A DNA stretch of 60,812 nt, the filler included. It is 6 parts of 6 records of this genome, joined end to end, with 100 filler letters (N's around TTAATTAATTAA, not from the genome) between each part and the next. Parts side by side here need not be neighbours in the genome. Positions count along the whole stretch, not along the records: positions 38,558 to 55,282 come from SRR2962707_4967; positions 55,383 to 60,812 come from SRR2962707_4971; 4 more parts are not named here. One strand, given 5' to 3'. Shown piece after piece: positions 47,757 through 55,624 of the stretch (positions are counted from its first letter, which is position 1; every line of letters starts with the position of its first letter). Both the position numbers and the translations under genes were made by a program. The notes beneath the pieces are model-generated. The model saw nothing but the letters and a program-made list of their open reading frames with translations. It was not told the DNA's origin and searched no databases.

Positions 47757-47832
47757 TGTATAGTAGATTAAACAAAGAGATTGTTCAACATGAAACAACA
47801 TAAATACTTTAAAATGTATAGATAGCTAAACA
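47757..47832. promoter_or_regulatory. OR-type operators
   Basis: TGTATA-gtagat-TAAACA (47757-47774) and TGTATA-gatagc-TAAACA (47815-47832). Confidence 0.8.
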
Positions 47833-47845
47833 ATCTTGAGGCGTT

Positions 47846-48490
47846 ATGAGTTTTTCAGATAGACTAAATCAACGTATGAGTGAGATCGGAATAAAAGGAA
47901 GCGAACTTGCTAGGCAGATCGGTATAGGGAGAGCTTCCGTTAGCCATTGGAAAAATGGACAAGTAGTTCCTTCCGGTGAAAACTTACTAAAATTAGCAAA
48001 GATTTTACGATGCAATACCAGATGGCTTGCTGCTGGTGTTGGTAGCCCAACTGGAAATGTTGAGCTCGAAATAGGGCCTGATTTAAGGGGTAAAGCACCA
48101 TTAATCTCTTGGGTTCAAGCAGGTAAATGGAATGAGATAGATTTGGAAACCTTACAACAAACAACTGATACCGTATTTTATCAACATACTGCTAGCGTTA
48201 GTGATGAAGCTTTTGCACTGCGCGTTAAAGGTGACAGTATGACTAGTTTCATGGGTGGAAAGTCTATTCCTGAAGGAGCCGTTGTGATAGTTGACCCTTG
48301 TATACCTGCAGAGCATGGTAAAGTTGTAGTCGCTAGGCTTGATAGCAGTAACGAAGCGACACTAAAACAGCTTGTCATTGATGGCGGACATAAATACTTA
48401 AAACCATTTAATAACAGCTACCCTACTATGCCTATTAACGGTAACTGCACTATTATTGGTGTAGTAAAGCAAGTGATTCAAGACTTTTAA
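47846..48490 (+). CDS. cI: CI repressor, HTH plus S24 peptidase
   Basis: Xre HTH; VQAG cleavage site, GDSM serine, ATLKQL lysine. Confidence 0.95.
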   Translation: MSFSDRLNQRMSEIGIKGSELARQIGIGRASVSHWKNGQVVPSGENLLKLAKILRCNTRWLAAGVGSPTGNVELEIGPDLRGKAPLISWVQAGKWNEIDLETLQQTTDTVFYQHTASVSDEAFALRVKGDSMTSFMGGKSIPEGAVVIVDPCIPAEHGKVVVARLDSSNEATLKQLVIDGGHKYLKPFNNSYPTMPINGNCTIIGVVKQVIQDF

Positions 48491-48514
48491 ACCACTTTAC
48501 ATGGAGTAATTAAA

Positions 48515-48715
48515 ATGAGGTATAGTTTAGAACGTGGAAAACTTTCTTTAAAGATTGCAACTCTTGTAATGGCCGCACTATTAATAATTAATTACTTCTT
48601 TAATATTCCAACCTCAAAAGATGAATGTATTTTAAAGCATATTGATAAAGCACACACTGAGACATCATCTAAGTTAATTTATAAAATATGCCAAGATAAA
48701 TTTAAAAGCGAATAA
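48515..48715 (+). CDS. Small membrane-anchored protein downstream of cI
   Basis: GGAG RBS, one TM helix, two Cys, AT-rich. Confidence 0.7.
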   Translation: MRYSLERGKLSLKIATLVMAALLIINYFFNIPTSKDECILKHIDKAHTETSSKLIYKICQDKFKSE

Positions 48716-48733
48716 CCCACCTCTACAGCATTT

Positions 48734-48755
48734 AGCACCTACTAAGGTGCTTTTT
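48734..48755 (+). terminator. Terminator of the immunity transcript
   Basis: AGCACCT-ACTA-AGGTGCT-TTTT. Confidence 0.78.
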
Positions 48756-48766
48756 ACCAATTAAAA

Positions 48767-48845
48767 TGTATAACTCGCTAAACTTTTTATTTGACATCCA
48801 TGTTTAGCTAGATATACTCAATATCATTGTTTAACAAGTTATACA
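48767..48845 (+). promoter_or_regulatory. PL-like promoter with three OL-type operators
   Basis: TTGACA(48791)-16 bp-TATACT(48813); operators at 48767-48784, 48801-48818, 48828-48845. Confidence 0.82.
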
Positions 48846-48860
48846 AATTTGGTGTTGAAT

Positions 48861-49136
48861 ATGGAAGCTATATCACTTGAAGCTAAAACGCTAATCGCAG
48901 CTTTAACAATTGAGTCATTCAACTTTCGCAATAGCGTACATGTGAATGTTGTTACAACGGCAACTGATCCATCAATTTGCGTATTTATTTACGTAAGCGG
49001 TAAGTGTGAAAAATCAATAACTGTTTTTTTAACTGATACCGATGCTGTGGCTCAACTTCAAAACGCATTCGATAAAGTCCGCGAATACAAAAAGCAAGAC
49101 AAGTCGTTCGCCCCACTCATTAAGTTAGCGAGCTAA
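48861..49136 (+). CDS. Phage hypothetical protein, first PL gene
   Basis: ORF right after the promoter. Confidence 0.7.
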   Translation: MEAISLEAKTLIAALTIESFNFRNSVHVNVVTTATDPSICVFIYVSGKCEKSITVFLTDTDAVAQLQNAFDKVREYKKQDKSFAPLIKLAS

Positions 49137-49140
49137 GACG

Positions 49141-50067
49141 ATGGACGTTAAAGAAATTCAACGCCTATTAGCTGACCCTTTTGAAGAGCACGACATTGAA
49201 TGGCGTGTTCAACAAAGCGGCGTTTCTGGTCAAAGCAAACCTTGGGTAATGGTTATTCCCTACATCACTAACCGCGCTATTCAACAGCGTCTTGATGATG
49301 TTGTTGGTATTGATGGCTGGGAAAACGTTTATACAGAAGCAGCCAGCGGTAAAGGCTACTTGTGCGGCTTAAAAATTCGCTTTGGTGATGAATGGATCAC
49401 CAAGTGGGATGGCTCAGAGTATACGCAAATTGAAGCGCTTAAAGGTGCTTTGTCTGGCGCCATGAAACGCACAGCCGTTCAATGGGGCATTGGCCGCTAC
49501 TTGTACTCACTTGATACAGAGTTTGCAGTGTGTGCACCTGTAGAAAGTCGCTTTAAAGCCAACGGCGAGTTTATAAGCATACCGCTTAATAAAGGCAATA
49601 AAGGTGGCCCGCGAATGAATGCCGAATGGTTCCCGCCTACTCTACCCGACTGGGCCCAACCTTCGGCTAAATTCGACAAATACTTAGATGCTATCGAGCA
49701 AGCTACAAGCATGGAAACAATGCGCGAGCATTACAACCAAGCCTACAAGTTTGCAGCCGCGCTTAACCGCATTGATATACGCGACAAAGCGATTGAAATT
49801 AAAGATCGCAAGAAAGCAGAGCTTGAAGCGCAAGCGAATGAAAACAATTTAGCTGCAAACAAGAAATTCATCACCTGGTTAAACACGGCCATTGCGGATC
49901 GCATAACCACAGCAGAAAACGAATCAGTATTAAACCTGAACCATAAGCACTTATTGCAAGAGCTTAAGGGGCATTGCCGAGCAAACAAAGTAGATAGTAG
50001 TGACTTTGTGGCTCGCGTTAACCAAGCGCATCAAGACGCGCTAAATAAACTAAACCACGGAGTATAA
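49141..50067 (+). CDS. Rad52/Rad22-family single-strand annealing protein (Sak-like)
   Basis: PF...DIEWRV, YITNRAIQQRLDDVVG..GW, KGALSGAMKR.AVQWGIGRYLY. Confidence 0.88.
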   Translation: MDVKEIQRLLADPFEEHDIEWRVQQSGVSGQSKPWVMVIPYITNRAIQQRLDDVVGIDGWENVYTEAASGKGYLCGLKIRFGDEWITKWDGSEYTQIEALKGALSGAMKRTAVQWGIGRYLYSLDTEFAVCAPVESRFKANGEFISIPLNKGNKGGPRMNAEWFPPTLPDWAQPSAKFDKYLDAIEQATSMETMREHYNQAYKFAAALNRIDIRDKAIEIKDRKKAELEAQANENNLAANKKFITWLNTAIADRITTAENESVLNLNHKHLLQELKGHCRANKVDSSDFVARVNQAHQDALNKLNHGV

Positions 50068-50071
50068 GACT

Positions 50072-51319
50072 ATGAGCACAAGCAAAGTTTCACCAGATAA
50101 CAAAGTTGTGGCGTTGTTCAGTAATGTATTAACTGAAAAGGGCATTGAAGATCTGAGAAGTGAATTTCCAAGCGATCTAGTTTTTGACATGTCAGATGAT
50201 GCCATATTTAAAGATGCAAGAAAAAAACGCACAAGACGAAATAAGCTTATAGAAGCGATCAGCCGAGCCCGAATAGACTATTCAAACGAGCTTAAAAATT
50301 ATGCAGATGATCTGGAAAGCGATGTAACAAAAATCTTTTCAGTCGTTGTTGATCCGTTTGAAGCCGAAGATAAGCGCCGCAAAGAAGAAGCTGCACGCAT
50401 AGAAAAAGAGCGTGAAGAGTTCTTAAATAATCAGCGCGCTGAAATTTATGGCATGCGCTCTTTCATCGAACAAGGCAAAAATCAAAACTCACAATTTATT
50501 GCTGACACAATTGAAGCCGTTGATCTAATTGATACTGAGTCATTTGATAAAGAGCTAATTCACGAAGCAATCGACACTAAAAAAGACGTGCTCGAAACGC
50601 TTAATAACATGTACCAAGCCGCTAAAGCAGCCGAAGCAGTTGAAGCAGAGCGCGAGCAATTACGCATCCAGCAAGAAGCAATCGAGCAAGAGCAGCGCAA
50701 GCAAGAACAAGCGCGTGTTATTGAGCAACGTATTGATAACTTACGCCGCGATCCAATGAACTACAAAGATAGCCCAAGCAGCACTATCGCAGCGCGTATC
50801 ACTCAACTTGAAAGCTACACGCCACCTGCAAGCGACTTTGGCGACCGCGTAGACGAAGTTATCTCGCTAAAAGCTGATGTGATCGTTGAATTGCAAGACC
50901 GCTTAGAAATGGCGCAATTCAAAGAAGAAAAGCAGCAACGCCAAGCTGACGCACAAGCCGCAGTTGAAGCACAGCAGCAAGCAGGGCAAGCCGATTTAAA
51001 CGCGCAGCGCAACGCAGAACATCAAGCAATTGAAGCCGAGCAATCAAGCTCAATCCCTCTTGAACAGCAAGAGCATGAAGCATTAACCGAAGTTAACCGC
51101 ATGCTAGGACAAAACGAACCGCTATTAGGTGAGTCGTTCAAATCGCCAGTGTTTGAAAACGCAGGGCCGATGACAGGCTATCAACCACTTTCACAGTGGC
51201 CAAGCAGCCAAGACCGCGCAGAAAGCGAAGAGCTAGACCGTATCTGCGACCAACTTGATTTAGCTGAAAGCTATATCGAAGTGTTAGAGCAGCGCTTAAA
51301 CAAAGCGATAGCCGCTTAA
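50072..51319 (+). CDS. Coiled-coil phage protein (DUF1351-like N-terminus)
   Basis: E/Q/A-rich heptads within the recombination module. Confidence 0.65.
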   Translation: MSTSKVSPDNKVVALFSNVLTEKGIEDLRSEFPSDLVFDMSDDAIFKDARKKRTRRNKLIEAISRARIDYSNELKNYADDLESDVTKIFSVVVDPFEAEDKRRKEEAARIEKEREEFLNNQRAEIYGMRSFIEQGKNQNSQFIADTIEAVDLIDTESFDKELIHEAIDTKKDVLETLNNMYQAAKAAEAVEAEREQLRIQQEAIEQEQRKQEQARVIEQRIDNLRRDPMNYKDSPSSTIAARITQLESYTPPASDFGDRVDEVISLKADVIVELQDRLEMAQFKEEKQQRQADAQAAVEAQQQAGQADLNAQRNAEHQAIEAEQSSSIPLEQQEHEALTEVNRMLGQNEPLLGESFKSPVFENAGPMTGYQPLSQWPSSQDRAESEELDRICDQLDLAESYIEVLEQRLNKAIAA

Positions 51320-51370
51320 TTGCACAGCTTAATTTAACCATCACCCTATTATAAAACTAAGGCAAATACC

Positions 51371-51952
51371 ATGAAACCATTAGTAAGTTACGACACAGAA
51401 ACGACAGGCATGCCTGATTGGAAAACCCCAAGCGATGGTGAGAACCAGCCGCACATTGTTCAGCTTTCAGCAGTAAAGCATGACCCTGAAACAAAAGAGC
51501 TGATCGGTGAGCTAGATTTAATTATCAAGCCCGATGGCTGGGTTATCCCGCAAGAAACAATCGATATTCACGGCATTACTAACGAGTATGCAATCGAAGT
51601 AGGCATCCCTGAAAAAGAAGCTATCCAACAGCTTTTAGATTTTTGTGAAGGCTCTGAGCGCATTGCATACAACAGAACCTTTGACCAACGCATTGTTCGC
51701 ATCGGTTTGAAACGCTTCTTTGATGAAAAAGCACAAGAGCAGTGGGCGCAAAAAGATGACCATCATTGCTCTATGTTTCTTGCTAAAAAAGCCATGAAAG
51801 CCGGTAAAAATCCAAAACTGGTAGAGGCATATAAGCACTTCATTGGCAAAGAGCTTGAAGGTGCTCATAACGCATTAAATGATGCTAAAGCAAGTATGGC
51901 TGTTTATTTTGCCGTAACCGAGCCAAGCGAACCAGAAGAAAGCGCAGCTTAA
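51371..51952 (+). CDS. DEDDh 3'-5' exonuclease
   Basis: YDTETTG, AYN.TFD, AHNALND. Confidence 0.92.
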   Translation: MKPLVSYDTETTGMPDWKTPSDGENQPHIVQLSAVKHDPETKELIGELDLIIKPDGWVIPQETIDIHGITNEYAIEVGIPEKEAIQQLLDFCEGSERIAYNRTFDQRIVRIGLKRFFDEKAQEQWAQKDDHHCSMFLAKKAMKAGKNPKLVEAYKHFIGKELEGAHNALNDAKASMAVYFAVTEPSEPEESAA

Positions 51953-51966
51953 TTTTAACTCCGACC

Positions 51967-51997
51967 GAGCCAAGCGCCTTCGGGCGCAAGCTCTTTT
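51967..51997 (+). terminator. Hairpin with UUCG loop and U tract
   Basis: GAGC-CAA-GCGCC-TTCG-GGCGC-AA-GCTC-TTTT. Confidence 0.6.
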
Positions 51998-52010
51998 AAT
52001 CGAGGTTTAT

Positions 52011-52250
52011 ATGAGTAATTCAAGAGTTCCACAGCTACGCATGGTTGAGCACCTGAAATGCAACAACATCATAGTTGGGTTAGCAACTGTAGTAAGCACT
52101 AAAAAAAACGGCAAAGAAGGTTGGGCGTTACCAGGTGGAAAATTCACAAATAGCCGTGATAAAGCACATACCGTATGCGCAAGAATGCACTATTTAATCG
52201 ATGGTCTTGGCGGCATCAAGCCTGCAGCAAAAATTAAACAAGCAGCGTAA
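52011..52250 (+). CDS. Phage hypothetical protein
   Basis: GAGG RBS; GWALPGG. Confidence 0.72.
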   Translation: MSNSRVPQLRMVEHLKCNNIIVGLATVVSTKKNGKEGWALPGGKFTNSRDKAHTVCARMHYLIDGLGGIKPAAKIKQAA

Positions 52251-52276
52251 AAGCATCAACATTTAAGGAGTTAAAA

Positions 52277-53035
52277 ATGAGCGACAACAAAGAAGAAATA
52301 TTCACACCAACAATTGACCCAAGCAGCGCAACAGTACAAGAAATGTTTGGCCGCATTCTTAACGAAAAAATTCAAGCCGGTGCGCTTGAAATAGCAATAA
52401 GCAAAAAGGTCGATTCTCTTATCGAAGATACCGCTAATGATGTTTTCCGCAGCTATAGCGATTTAGGTAAAGCCCTAAAAGAAAAAATGACCAAGGCAAT
52501 TATGCCGCAAATTGAAAGTTTGGATGATTTGCCAACTTATCACGACTTTGTTTTAAACCGCTTAAAAACTGCGGCGCAAGGCTTCTACGACTCACGTTTG
52601 ATCGAAGTGCTTGATAAAGAATTTGCAGAAATATTAGCCGAAGTTCCAGAAAAAATAACGCTTTCTTACATTGTCAATTCGCTGCTTGAAGAAGCGCAAG
52701 AAGATAATGAATGCGAGGGCGAAATAACGCTGATTATAGACGAGGATAATTACTCCAGCGGTGGTCGTTGGTTATCAGTCTACATAGACAAAGAAGCAGA
52801 CCAGGACAAGCATAGCTGTGACTTTGACTTGCACTTAAGCAAAGACAAAGAAACGGGAAATTACGACATTTTAGGCATTCGGGTAGGTGGCAAAAAGTCT
52901 GGCGAGTCATTGGCTATGGGCCGCTTATATAGCATGGAAAAAATACTTTTCAATGTGTACGCAATGAAAGGTCAGATAGAGCTAGATCATGGGCTTGATG
53001 CTGACGACTACGAAACCGCATGGTGCCACGACTAA
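52277..53035 (+). CDS. Acidic phage hypothetical protein
   Basis: AAGGAG RBS, 252 aa. Confidence 0.78.
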   Translation: MSDNKEEIFTPTIDPSSATVQEMFGRILNEKIQAGALEIAISKKVDSLIEDTANDVFRSYSDLGKALKEKMTKAIMPQIESLDDLPTYHDFVLNRLKTAAQGFYDSRLIEVLDKEFAEILAEVPEKITLSYIVNSLLEEAQEDNECEGEITLIIDEDNYSSGGRWLSVYIDKEADQDKHSCDFDLHLSKDKETGNYDILGIRVGGKKSGESLAMGRLYSMEKILFNVYAMKGQIELDHGLDADDYETAWCHD

Positions 53036-53185
53036 TGTTACACGATTACATGGCAATCAAAGGCAACAGCTCAAGCGCTATTGCAAAGCAGCAGCGCCGA
53101 GACTTTTTAAAGATGGTTACTACCTCACTGTTAAGAATATTAGTAGTAGCCACCGTAATTTTATTAACAGTTAAGTAGGTATCAC

Positions 53186-53476
53186 ATGAGCGATGAATGC
53201 AATTGTTTCTCAGAAACATTAGACCGCGTTAAAGACCATTTAATAGAGCAAGGCAAAATACCTGAAGGCGCTATTGATATTGATTTCAGTTGGCAAGGGC
53301 AAACATACATGCTTTCAGGCGGTCAATACGCACCAGTAAATCCTAAAGTAGAGGTTAAATTTAGAGCAGCAAAAAAAGGCGGAGGGCATGCGAAAAACTT
53401 GACTAAAAACGAAATATCTATTGCTGCATCACATTGTTGTTACTGCGGACGCAAATATAAAAGAAACGAAGAGTAA
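53186..53476 (+). CDS. Cys-rich phage protein
   Basis: CNC...CCYCG, AGGT RBS. Confidence 0.72.
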   Translation: MSDECNCFSETLDRVKDHLIEQGKIPEGAIDIDFSWQGQTYMLSGGQYAPVNPKVEVKFRAAKKGGGHAKNLTKNEISIAASHCCYCGRKYKRNEE

Positions 53477-53489
53477 AAGGGGCATCGAT

Positions 53490-53870
53490 ATGTTTTGTGT
53501 ATTTGGCGTAAGTAAAAAGAAATGTAAAGCCGCTGCTGAAAAGAAGGTAAATGCTTTGCGCGGTGCGCTTGCGCCAAAAACGCAAAAACAGCACGAAAAG
53601 ATGGTTGCCACTTTAACCGAAGAGCTATTCCTAAAAGCAAAACCAACCGCTATAAGCGCTGAATTATCAACACCTAGTTTAGTCGAGGATTTTATAGCTC
53701 TCGCAAAAAAAACAGGCGATATGAGGGCGTTGCAAGGTATGCGCCGAGTACATAAAACGGATAGCAAAGGCACACCGCAATATCAAAAACGAACTAAAAA
53801 GCCAGTATTTGAATGGGTGGTTCTTGAGGCGAATTTTTCTCAAGAATTAATCAATGAAGAAATATTTTAA
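53490..53870 (+). CDS. Basic phage hypothetical protein
   Basis: AGGGG RBS before MFCVF. Confidence 0.65.
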   Translation: MFCVFGVSKKKCKAAAEKKVNALRGALAPKTQKQHEKMVATLTEELFLKAKPTAISAELSTPSLVEDFIALAKKTGDMRALQGMRRVHKTDSKGTPQYQKRTKKPVFEWVVLEANFSQELINEEIF

Positions 53871-53880
53871 AGGTAACACT

Positions 53881-55017
53881 ATGTTTTTCTCAAATTTAGT
53901 AATTTACAAATTCAAGCAACAAGCTGAGTTTAACAAAGAAGAGTTTAACACTGCATTAGAGCAAGATTCATTTCGCCATTGCGGACAGCAAGAGCTATCA
54001 ACCTTTGGTTGGTCCAAGCCGTTCGGAAAGCATGGCGAGTCACTAGCTCATTTTTCTAACCGTAGAATTTTAGTTTGCGCAAAGCGTGAAGAGAAAATTT
54101 TACCTGCGTCAGTTATCAACGAAATGGTAGCCGACAAAGTAGAGCGAATTGAGCTTGAAGAAAACCGCCCAGTAAGAAAAAAAGAGCGTGACGAGTTAAA
54201 AGAAAATGTACTGCATACACTACTGCCGCAAGCGTTTACCAAATCAAACTTGCAATACGCATTCATTGATATGGATAGCGGTTTACTAGTAGTCAACAGC
54301 TCAAGCTTTAATAAAGCAGAAGAATTAGCCGCCCTACTTCGCAAATCCCTTGGCACATTGCCAATTATCCCCGCGTTTGGTGAGTATGATTTAGATGTTT
54401 TTCTAACTGATTGGCTAACTAATTTCAGCACACCAGAAGGATTTGCTATTGGCTTTGACGCAGAAATGCAAGAAGCAGACGACAGCGGCGCTATAGCAAA
54501 GTTAAAAGGCCATGACTTGCATGGTGATGAAGTTAAAACGCACCTAGAACAAGGCAAGCGAGTCACTAAGCTTGCACTCAACTGGAATGAACGCATTAAG
54601 TTCAACCTTCAAAATGATGGTGCCATCAAACAGGTTATTTACTCCGACACAATCAAAGAAGAAAACGCCGACATACCTAAAGAAGATATGCCAATCAAAC
54701 TTGATGCCGATTTTTGTTTAGTAGCTGGTGAAATAGTTCAAATGATCACCGAGCTTACAAATAACGGCTTGGTTAATTGTGAACAGGACGATGGTAACAA
54801 GTCATTACTTACCAAATATAAAGATAGTAACGACGAGCTATATCAAGAAGTAAAAGCGTTTGTTTTAGATACTGGTCACGCATCAGTCTCGCGCATTCAG
54901 CGCAAATTTAGAATTGGCTATAACAGAGCAGCCCGCTTAGTCGAGCAGCTTGAAGCTAACGGACTTGTAACCGCGCCAGGTCACAACGGTGAACGTGAAG
55001 TTACACCATTTAATTAA
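53881..55017 (+). CDS. rdgC: RdgC with C-terminal FtsK gamma domain
   Basis: FSNLVIY, EEKILPASVI, LLPQAF, LRKSLGTLP, DADF; then ASVSRIQRKFRIGYNRAARLVEQLE. Confidence 0.92.
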   Translation: MFFSNLVIYKFKQQAEFNKEEFNTALEQDSFRHCGQQELSTFGWSKPFGKHGESLAHFSNRRILVCAKREEKILPASVINEMVADKVERIELEENRPVRKKERDELKENVLHTLLPQAFTKSNLQYAFIDMDSGLLVVNSSSFNKAEELAALLRKSLGTLPIIPAFGEYDLDVFLTDWLTNFSTPEGFAIGFDAEMQEADDSGAIAKLKGHDLHGDEVKTHLEQGKRVTKLALNWNERIKFNLQNDGAIKQVIYSDTIKEENADIPKEDMPIKLDADFCLVAGEIVQMITELTNNGLVNCEQDDGNKSLLTKYKDSNDELYQEVKAFVLDTGHASVSRIQRKFRIGYNRAARLVEQLEANGLVTAPGHNGEREVTPFN

Positions 55018-55030
55018 GTAAGGGTTAATC

Positions 55031-55282
55031 ATGGGCAAAGGTATTAATAAAGCAATTCTTATTGGCAATTTGGGCGATGATCCAACTGTTCGCTACATGC
55101 CTAACGGTAACGCAGTAGCTAACGTAACACTCGCTACAAGCGAAAGCTACAAAGATAAAAACACAGGTCAAATGGTAGATAAAACCGAGTGGCATAAAGT
55201 TATTTTCTTTGGAAAGGTGGCCGAAGTTGTGGGCGAATACTGCCGCAAGGGCTCACAAATTTACGTTGAAGGTAAATTACAA
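55031..55282 (+). CDS. ssb: Single-stranded DNA-binding protein (3' truncated)
   Basis: [33 protein letters not shown]. Confidence 0.96.
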
Positions 55283-55382
55283 NNNNNNNNNNNNNNNNNN
55301 NNNNNNNNNNNNNNNNNNNNNNNNNNTTAATTAATTAANNNNNNNNNNNNNNNNNNNNNNNNNNNNNNNNNNNNNNNNNNNN
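55283..55382. other. Artificial contig spacer
   Basis: N run with TTAATTAATTAA linker. Confidence 0.99.
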
Positions 55383-55384
55383 TC

Positions 55385-55411
55385 CCTCACTCACTCACTC
55401 ACTCACACACT
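55385..55411. repeat. (CTCA)n microsatellite at contig end
   Basis: ctcactcactcactcactcacacact. Confidence 0.75.
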
Positions 55412-55624
55412 CCTGCTGTGTTCGAATTGCGGCTCACCTTGCAATGTTCTGATTGACAATCAAGTGATGTGCGTAGCCCACAGAGCTGTTGAACCTTGCT
55501 GGACGGAATTCCACGGATTGCCGACGCTTTCACAGCAGAGTCAATCGACAATGGAATTCAGACGAAACTGGCACGTGCCAGCCATGCAATAGAGGTGAAA
55601 GAAAGTAAGCATTGAACAACATGG

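Larger units (their letters stand above)
38558..55282. mobile_element. Lambdoid temperate (pro)phage early region
   Basis: Order ssb/rdgC/exo/SSAP, cI, cro, cII, O, P, nin-like, rusA, Q; no integrase, att or structural genes in this contig. Confidence 0.93.

Noticed and set aside
47757-48845. TGTATA dyads as LexA boxes
   Set aside because: They do not fit CTGT-N8-ACAG; their positions match phage operators
6902-55382. Recurrent TTAATTAATTAA motif and apparent mosaic of taxa
   Set aside because: Artificial linker in N spacers; the mosaic is contig concatenation, not horizontal transfer
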